DNA of 64,000 nt, taken from the NCBI GenBank assembly GCA_964606315.1, contig CAZSFY010000021.1:1194-65193 (forward strand), given 5' to 3'. The translations under genes and the position numbers were made by a program. Origin of the DNA: an uncultured Chitinophagaceae bacterium. GTDB taxonomy: Bacteria > Bacteroidota > Bacteroidia > Chitinophagales > Chitinophagaceae. Of the stretch, positions 58,967 to 64,000 are shown one piece after another. Below the pieces are notes generated by a model. The model did not search any database. It saw only the letters and a list, made by a program, of their open reading frames with translations, and was not told the DNA's origin. Numbering within the stretch: position 1 is the stretch's first letter; each line of letters opens with the position of its first letter.

Positions 58967-59968
58967 TCAGGATTGATTCTCATTCAGCGTTTTCCAAAGA
59001 AGATCTTTTAATTCAGTTAATCCGGTATTTATTGCAGAAGAAATAAATATATGTGGTATATCACGAGGAAGTTCTTTTTCTATAGCCAGTTTTAATTCAT
59101 CATCGAGTAAATCACTTTTACTGATAGCTATGATAAATTGTTTATCAAGCAACTCTTCATTGTACTCCTGTAATTCGTTTACCAATACTTCAAATTCTTT
59201 ATGATGATCCTTACTGTCGGCAGGAATTAAAAACAGTAATGCAGAATTTCTTTCGATATGCCGTAAGAATCTGTGACCCAACCCTCTTCCTTCAGCAGCT
59301 CCTTCAATAATTCCCGGAAGATCGGCAATGCAAAAACTTTTTCCTCCTCTGTATTCTACCATTCCAAGTTGAGGGGTAATGGTAGTAAAAGCATAATCTG
59401 CAATTTTAGGTTTGGCTGCTGTGATAGCAGATAATAATGTCGACTTGCCTGCATTGGGAAAACCTACGAGACCTACATCGGCAAGCACTTTCAATTCCAT
59501 CAATTTCCATCCTTCAACACCAGGCTCACCAGGTTGTGCATGCTCTGGCGCCTGGTTAGTAGCTGTTGCAAATCTTGCATTTCCCAGTCCGCCTCTTCCT
59601 CCTTTCAGCAATATTATTTCTTGTCCATCTTCCAGGATTTCTGCTTCAAGTTTTCCAGTCTCTTCATCACGAACAATAGTACCTAATGGTACTTCAATAA
59701 TAACATCTTTACCGCTTCTTCCGGTAGAATTATTTCCGCTGCCGGCTTCCCCGTTTTCGGCATGCACATTTTTAAAATATCGCAAATGCAATAACGTCCA
59801 CAAGTTCTTATTTCCTCTTAATATAATATGCCCGCCTCTGCCTCCATCTCCGCCATCGGGACCAGCCTGTGGGTTAAATTTTGTACGCAGAAAATGTTTG
59901 CTACCAGCTCCACCATGTCCGCTCCTGCAGAACACCCTTATATAATCTATAAAATTCGACTTCTCCAT
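58967..59968 (-). CDS. obg: GTPase Obg/CgtA
   Basis: 333 aa with a Gly-rich Obg fold (GGDGGRGG) and G motifs ([17 protein letters not shown]). Confidence 0.96.
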   Translation of the reverse strand: MEKSNFIDYIRVFCRSGHGGAGSKHFLRTKFNPQAGPDGGDGGRGGHIILRGNKNLWTLLHLRYFKNVHAENGEAGSGNNSTGRSGKDVIIEVPLGTIVRDEETGKLEAEILEDGQEIILLKGGRGGLGNARFATATNQAPEHAQPGEPGVEGWKLMELKVLADVGLVGFPNAGKSTLLSAITAAKPKIADYAFTTITPQLGMVEYRGGKSFCIADLPGIIEGAAEGRGLGHRFLRHIERNSALLFLIPADSKDHHKEFEVLVNELQEYNEELLDKQFIIAISKSDLLDDELKLAIEKELPRDIPHIFISSAINTGLTELKDLLWKTLNENQS

Positions 59969-60008
59969 CTGGACTGCAAGTTAATTCATCGGATCATCTT
60001 TTACTCTT

Positions 60009-60614
60009 TTATCCTTCTTCCTTGTTTCGGGTAATATTCCAGGTTTTGTAATTGGATGATGGAGAAGCTCTGTCAGCAGGAACGTTTGACAATGGTTCAC
60101 AAGGCCCAAAATCATTTTTCAATTCGGCGGGTAAAGACTGGTATAATAATGTTCCTTCTGTTTTCCAGGCTATCATTTCGTCGCTGACTTCTTTAATTTT
60201 TTTTCCTGGATTGCCTACAATCAAACTTCTTCTTTCAAATTGTTCATCGGCCTTAATAAAAGTGAGTGCACCTACTATACATTCCTCTCCAAGTATTGCA
60301 TTATCCATAATTACGCTATTCATTCCTATCAGGCAATTCCTGCCAATAGTTGCTCCATGAATAACCGCTCCATGTCCTATATGCGCCTGTTGATGCAATA
60401 CAACCGTTGTACCGGGAAACATATGAATGGTGCAATTTTCCTGCACATTGCAGCCATCTTCAATAATAATAGCGCCCCAGTCGCCGCGAATAGCAGCACC
60501 CGGACCAACATATACATGCTGACCAATAATTACATTACCTGTAACAGCAGCCTGCGGATGTATAAAAGAAGATGGATGAACAACAGGAATAAATTCTTTG
60601 TACCGGTAAATCAT
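60009..60614 (-). CDS. paaY: Hexapeptide-repeat (gamma-carbonic-anhydrase-like) protein, PaaY-type
   Basis: 201 aa with left-handed beta-helix repeats. Sits directly downstream of paaG in the paa cluster. Confidence 0.75.
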   Translation of the reverse strand: MIYRYKEFIPVVHPSSFIHPQAAVTGNVIIGQHVYVGPGAAIRGDWGAIIIEDGCNVQENCTIHMFPGTTVVLHQQAHIGHGAVIHGATIGRNCLIGMNSVIMDNAILGEECIVGALTFIKADEQFERRSLIVGNPGKKIKEVSDEMIAWKTEGTLLYQSLPAELKNDFGPCEPLSNVPADRASPSSNYKTWNITRNKEEG

Positions 60615-60640
60615 TTCAACAGCATACTTTAATTTTTATA

Positions 60641-61426
60641 TCACTCACCTTTAAATACAGGTGGCCTCTTTTCTATAAATGCACCCACTCCTTCTCTAAA
60701 ATCTTTTGAAGCGCCAGCAATAGTTTGCAATTCGCTTTCCACTTCGAGTTGTTGCTCAAGATCATTAGCGACTGATTTATTAAGAGCTTCCTTAGTAAGC
60801 CATAATGCCTTCGTAGGCATTGCAGCCAGACGCGAAACAATATTGATCGTTTCTTCAGTAAAGGATTGATCGGGAAAAACCTTATACACCAATCCCATCC
60901 TTTCAGCTTCTTCTGCACTTAATTTATCGGCCAGCATCATTAATGCAGCAGCTTTTTGCCAACCTATATAGCGCGGTAAAAAAAATGTACCACCACAATC
61001 GGGTATCAATCCGATTTTACTGAAAGCCTGGATAAAACTGGCCGACGCGGATGACAATACAATATCACAGCATAACGCAATATTAGCACCTGCACCAGCA
61101 GCCACTCCGTTAACGGCCGCTACTACTGGTTTTTTGAGTTGCCTGATTTTATGAATGATCGGATTTAATTGTTCTGATAATATTTTTTTTATTGATGTCT
61201 CCTTAGGATTTACACTTTCTGCAAGATCCTGTCCGGCACTAAAGGCTTTGCCGGCTCCTGTTAAATACACAGCGCGAATAGTATCACCAGTGCAACTATC
61301 CAACGCCTGTTGCAAGGCAAGAGACATTTCACGATTAAAAGCATTTGCTTTTTCGGGTCTGTTAAGGGTAACAAACGCTATGTTATCTTTTACCTCAAAT
61401 AATACAAGAGACATTATTAATGACAT
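60641..61426 (-). CDS. paaG: 2-(1,2-epoxy-1,2-dihydrophenyl)acetyl-CoA isomerase (crotonase family)
   Basis: Close by-eye match to the recalled E. coli PaaG sequence (LTGAGKAFSAGQDL, VNGVAAGAGA, AFSKIGLIPDCGGT, DFREGVGAFIEKR). The start may instead be the internal ATG at 61414. Confidence 0.8.
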   Translation of the reverse strand: MSLIMSLVLFEVKDNIAFVTLNRPEKANAFNREMSLALQQALDSCTGDTIRAVYLTGAGKAFSAGQDLAESVNPKETSIKKILSEQLNPIIHKIRQLKKPVVAAVNGVAAGAGANIALCCDIVLSSASASFIQAFSKIGLIPDCGGTFFLPRYIGWQKAAALMMLADKLSAEEAERMGLVYKVFPDQSFTEETINIVSRLAAMPTKALWLTKEALNKSVANDLEQQLEVESELQTIAGASKDFREGVGAFIEKRPPVFKGE

Positions 61427-61926
61427 TTAAAATGATCAAATGGTTCGTGACAATGATTGCAACGATATAAAGCCTTACAAGCTGTAGAGCCAAATTCGCT
61501 GATCAATGAAGTATCGGAAGAATTACACAATGGGCAGGCAACCAGTGCAGCATCAGCAAATAATTCTATCGTATCTCTTTTTGAATTATTGCCCGGCGGA
61601 GCAATGCCATAAGCTTTTAACTTTTGTTTTCCCTCTTCACTCATCCAGTCGGTTGTCCAGGCAGGCGACAATACTTTTTTTATGTGAAAATATTTATACC
61701 CATTCTTTATTAATTCAAATTGTATTTGCGTGGTAATGACGTCCATTGCGGGACAACCTGAATAGGTAGGCGTAATGGTAATTTCGACATGATTGTTCAA
61801 CACAGTAATATCCCTGATAATACCCAGGTCAATCACGGAAAGAACCGGGACTTCCGGATCGGGAACCGATCTTAACAAATGCCATATTTTCTGCTCCGTA
61901 TTCATAACATCATTACCATTCGGCAT
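61417..61926 (-). CDS. paaD: 1,2-phenylacetyl-CoA epoxidase subunit PaaD
   Basis: 169 aa with a MIP18/DUF59-like N-terminal domain (DPEVPVLSVIDLGII...TPTYSGCPA) and C-terminal Cys pairs (CPLC, CNHC). Confidence 0.88.
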   Translation of the reverse strand: MPNGNDVMNTEQKIWHLLRSVPDPEVPVLSVIDLGIIRDITVLNNHVEITITPTYSGCPAMDVITTQIQFELIKNGYKYFHIKKVLSPAWTTDWMSEEGKQKLKAYGIAPPGNNSKRDTIELFADAALVACPLCNSSDTSLISEFGSTACKALYRCNHCHEPFDHFKCH

Positions 61927-62599
61927 CAGGATAAGTTCTTTGCATGAATTGCATTTCGTCGAGAAGATTTTCCAGGCAAGGTGTATGTTTACCTTCTTTG
62001 CCTCCGTATATCATTTTTACATGCTGAGGTATAGGAATATCAGCGATTGTTAATACTTCTTTTATCCTGGATTGCCATTCCTCCTGTACTTCATCGATCA
62101 GTTCACCAGTATATGGCCATAATTCATTGATCGCATTAAGCATTCTTTGATGGCTTTCTGCTGTTCCCTGTCCCAAACGAATTACCCATTCGCTACTCCA
62201 TCTTAAATGATAGGCTATTTCTTTCAGCGATTTTTCCGCTATAGCTCCAAGATCCTCATCCTGCTTTAACAGTTGGTAGGAGGGATATTGCCATGCACTG
62301 AATAGAAACTGTCTGAGTATTGTTTTCGCCCAATCACCGTTTTCCTGTTCAACAAGCAAAAAATTATAGAACTCATGCGCGTCGCGTGTAAATGCCAGAG
62401 AATCTTCAGTTGTATTTCCACCAATAATTTCCGACGCATACTGATAAAAATGACGCGCTTGTCCGATTAAGTCCAAAGCAATATTGGAAATAGCGATATC
62501 CTGTTCCAAAACAGGTCCGTGCCCAGTCCATTCACTGTTCCTATGACCAAGTATTAAAGCATTATCAGCAAGATGTAATATGTAATTAATAGATCTCAT
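61913..62599 (-). CDS. paaC: 1,2-phenylacetyl-CoA epoxidase subunit PaaC
   Basis: 228 aa with a ferritin-like fold and the typical N-terminus LADNALILGHRNSEW. Position between paaB and paaD fits the call. Confidence 0.88.
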   Translation of the reverse strand: MRSINYILHLADNALILGHRNSEWTGHGPVLEQDIAISNIALDLIGQARHFYQYASEIIGGNTTEDSLAFTRDAHEFYNFLLVEQENGDWAKTILRQFLFSAWQYPSYQLLKQDEDLGAIAEKSLKEIAYHLRWSSEWVIRLGQGTAESHQRMLNAINELWPYTGELIDEVQEEWQSRIKEVLTIADIPIPQHVKMIYGGKEGKHTPCLENLLDEMQFMQRTYPDAEW

Positions 62600-62895
62600 T
62601 AAATATGGGTCATATCGTCGGGTAATTGATAGAAAGTGGGGTGTCTGTACACTTTATCATTAGCAGGATCATAAAAAGCATCAGCTTCATCAGGATTCGA
62701 TGCATGTATATATTTGCTTTCTACCACCCAGATGCTCACTCCTTCCTGTCGTCGGGTGTAGACGTCTCTTGCATTTTCAATAGCCATTTGAGCGTCAGCA
62801 GCGTGTAAACTTCCTGCATGTTTATGATCAAGTCCCTGTTTACTCCTGATAAACACTTCCCATAATGGCCATTCATTAGACTGATGATTTTGCAT
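62599..62895 (-). CDS. paaB: 1,2-phenylacetyl-CoA epoxidase subunit PaaB
   Basis: 98 aa containing WPLWEVFIRSKQGLDHKHAGSLHA. Confidence 0.92.
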   Translation of the reverse strand: MQNHQSNEWPLWEVFIRSKQGLDHKHAGSLHAADAQMAIENARDVYTRRQEGVSIWVVESKYIHASNPDEADAFYDPANDKVYRHPTFYQLPDDMTHI

Positions 62896-62906
62896 AGCTT
62901 AGATAA

Positions 62907-63836
62907 TTAATCAATTATTTGCTTTTGTTTTTTGGCATAGGCCATTGCCGCATCGCGTACCCACTGGCCTTCTTCATGAGCTTTAATACGAGCCGCCATT
63001 CTCTCTTTATTACAGGGGCCGTTGCCATTTACTACTCTCCAAAATTCATCCCAATCTATTTTACCAAAATCATAATGCTGTTTTTCTTCGTTCCATTGTA
63101 AATCAGGGTCGGGGAGAGTCATACCTAAAATCTTTACCTGTTCAGAACATATATCAATGAACTTTTGTCTCAGTTCATCATTAGTAAATCTTTTGATCTT
63201 CCACTTCATACTTTGCACTGTGTGTGGTGAAGCTTCATCACTTGGACCAAACATCATTACAGCAGGCCACCACCATCTGTTAATTGCATCCTGGCAGAGT
63301 GCTTTTTGCTCATCGGTGCCTTTGCTTAAAACAAGTAGTATTTCAAAACCCTGACGTTGATGAAAACTTTCTTCTTTACATACTCTTACCATTGCCCTGG
63401 CATAGGGACCATATGACGTTCGGCATAAAGGCACCTGGTTCATTATGGCCGCACCATCTACCAGCCAGCCAATAGCGCCAATATCGGCCCATGTTAAAGT
63501 GGGATAATTAAAAATAGAAGAATACTTTGCTTTCCCGCTATGCAGTTGTGCCAGCATTTCCTCTCTTGAAATACCCAGCGTTTCTGCGGCTGCATAGAGA
63601 TATAAACCATGACCAGCTTCATCCTGTACTTTGGCGATCAGGGTGGCTTTTCTTTTCAGTGTCGGAGCCCTGGTGATCCAGTTACCCTCAGGTAACATTC
63701 CAACAATCTCTGAATGGGCGTGTTGGGAAATCTGACGGATAAGTGTTTTACGATAGTCGTCAGGCATCCAGTCCTTAGGCTCGATGAAAATATCATTATC
63801 AACCTTATCCTGGAATATGGTTTCATTCAGTGGCAT
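62907..63836 (-). CDS. paaA: 1,2-phenylacetyl-CoA epoxidase catalytic subunit PaaA
   Basis: Di-iron ferritin-like oxygenase ([20 protein letters not shown]). The ATG at 63834-63836 (MPLNETIF) is preferred over the track start at 63857. Confidence 0.92.
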   Translation of the reverse strand: MPLNETIFQDKVDNDIFIEPKDWMPDDYRKTLIRQISQHAHSEIVGMLPEGNWITRAPTLKRKATLIAKVQDEAGHGLYLYAAAETLGISREEMLAQLHSGKAKYSSIFNYPTLTWADIGAIGWLVDGAAIMNQVPLCRTSYGPYARAMVRVCKEESFHQRQGFEILLVLSKGTDEQKALCQDAINRWWWPAVMMFGPSDEASPHTVQSMKWKIKRFTNDELRQKFIDICSEQVKILGMTLPDPDLQWNEEKQHYDFGKIDWDEFWRVVNGNGPCNKERMAARIKAHEEGQWVRDAAMAYAKKQKQIID

Positions 63837-63917
63837 GCAACAGTATTTATCTTTCAAAGATAGCTAAATCCCATAAAAGCTAACAGTTGTTAGCGTTAAT
63901 TCTATTGCTGATATAAT

Positions 63918-64000
63918 TCATTTATTATCAAAATCGATGACAACTTCGGGCGATGCCGGATGAGATTGACAGGTGAGAATAAAACCTGCCTGTAACTCTT
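63918..64000 (-). CDS. C-terminal fragment of a plant-type 2Fe-2S ferredoxin-domain protein (possibly the PaaE reductase); truncated by the window edge
   Basis: Minus-strand translation from 63998 reads ELQAGFILTCQSHPASPEVVIDFDNK, with the stop at 63918-63920. The GFILTCQS motif is typical of the end of 2Fe-2S ferredoxin domains in FNR-type reductases. Confidence 0.55.
   Translation of the reverse strand, partial: ELQAGFILTCQSHPASPEVVIDFDNK

Overview
The window looks like a Bacteroidota chromosome, Chitinophagia/Sphingobacteriia-like. Evidence: SusC/SusD genes, FecR/ECF sigma pairs, and many exact TAnnTTTG -7 promoter boxes. It is densely coding and mostly housekeeping: serS, gyrB, ftsH, lpxH, birA, carB, purH, metF, lptB, fabG, adk, msrB, rlmD, cysS and obg.

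Three non-housekeeping blocks stand out:
1. 30-11354: an ECF-sigma/FecR-controlled SusC/SusD locus. It ends in a secreted thioredoxin-fold protein and is preceded by a 943-aa secreted protein with a C-terminal FGE-sulfatase-type domain.
2. About 11.5-13.7 kb: an accessory-looking islet and the best candidate for something undescribed, though function is inference only. It holds a stand-alone AAA+ NTPase with a C-terminal PD-(D/E)xK-like motif, two tandem palindromes over its promoter, and about 600 bp of repeat-rich non-coding DNA. That DNA contains a nested palindrome with an orphan intrinsic terminator.
3. Phenylacetate (paa) catabolic genes split into two blocks: paaZ plus a crotonase at 45.4-48.3 kb, and paaABCDGY plus a partial ferredoxin-domain gene at 60-64 kb.

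A family of palindromic elements built from in-phase GTnGAnA heptads occurs at 38.1 kb and 45.3 kb. Half-copies flank the 13.1-13.7 kb non-coding island.

I recognised no rRNA, tRNA, CRISPR array, transposase or integrase. The ORF track uses alternative start codons and the longest ORF, so several starts were moved inward where an in-frame ATG, a signal peptide or a -7 box supports it.
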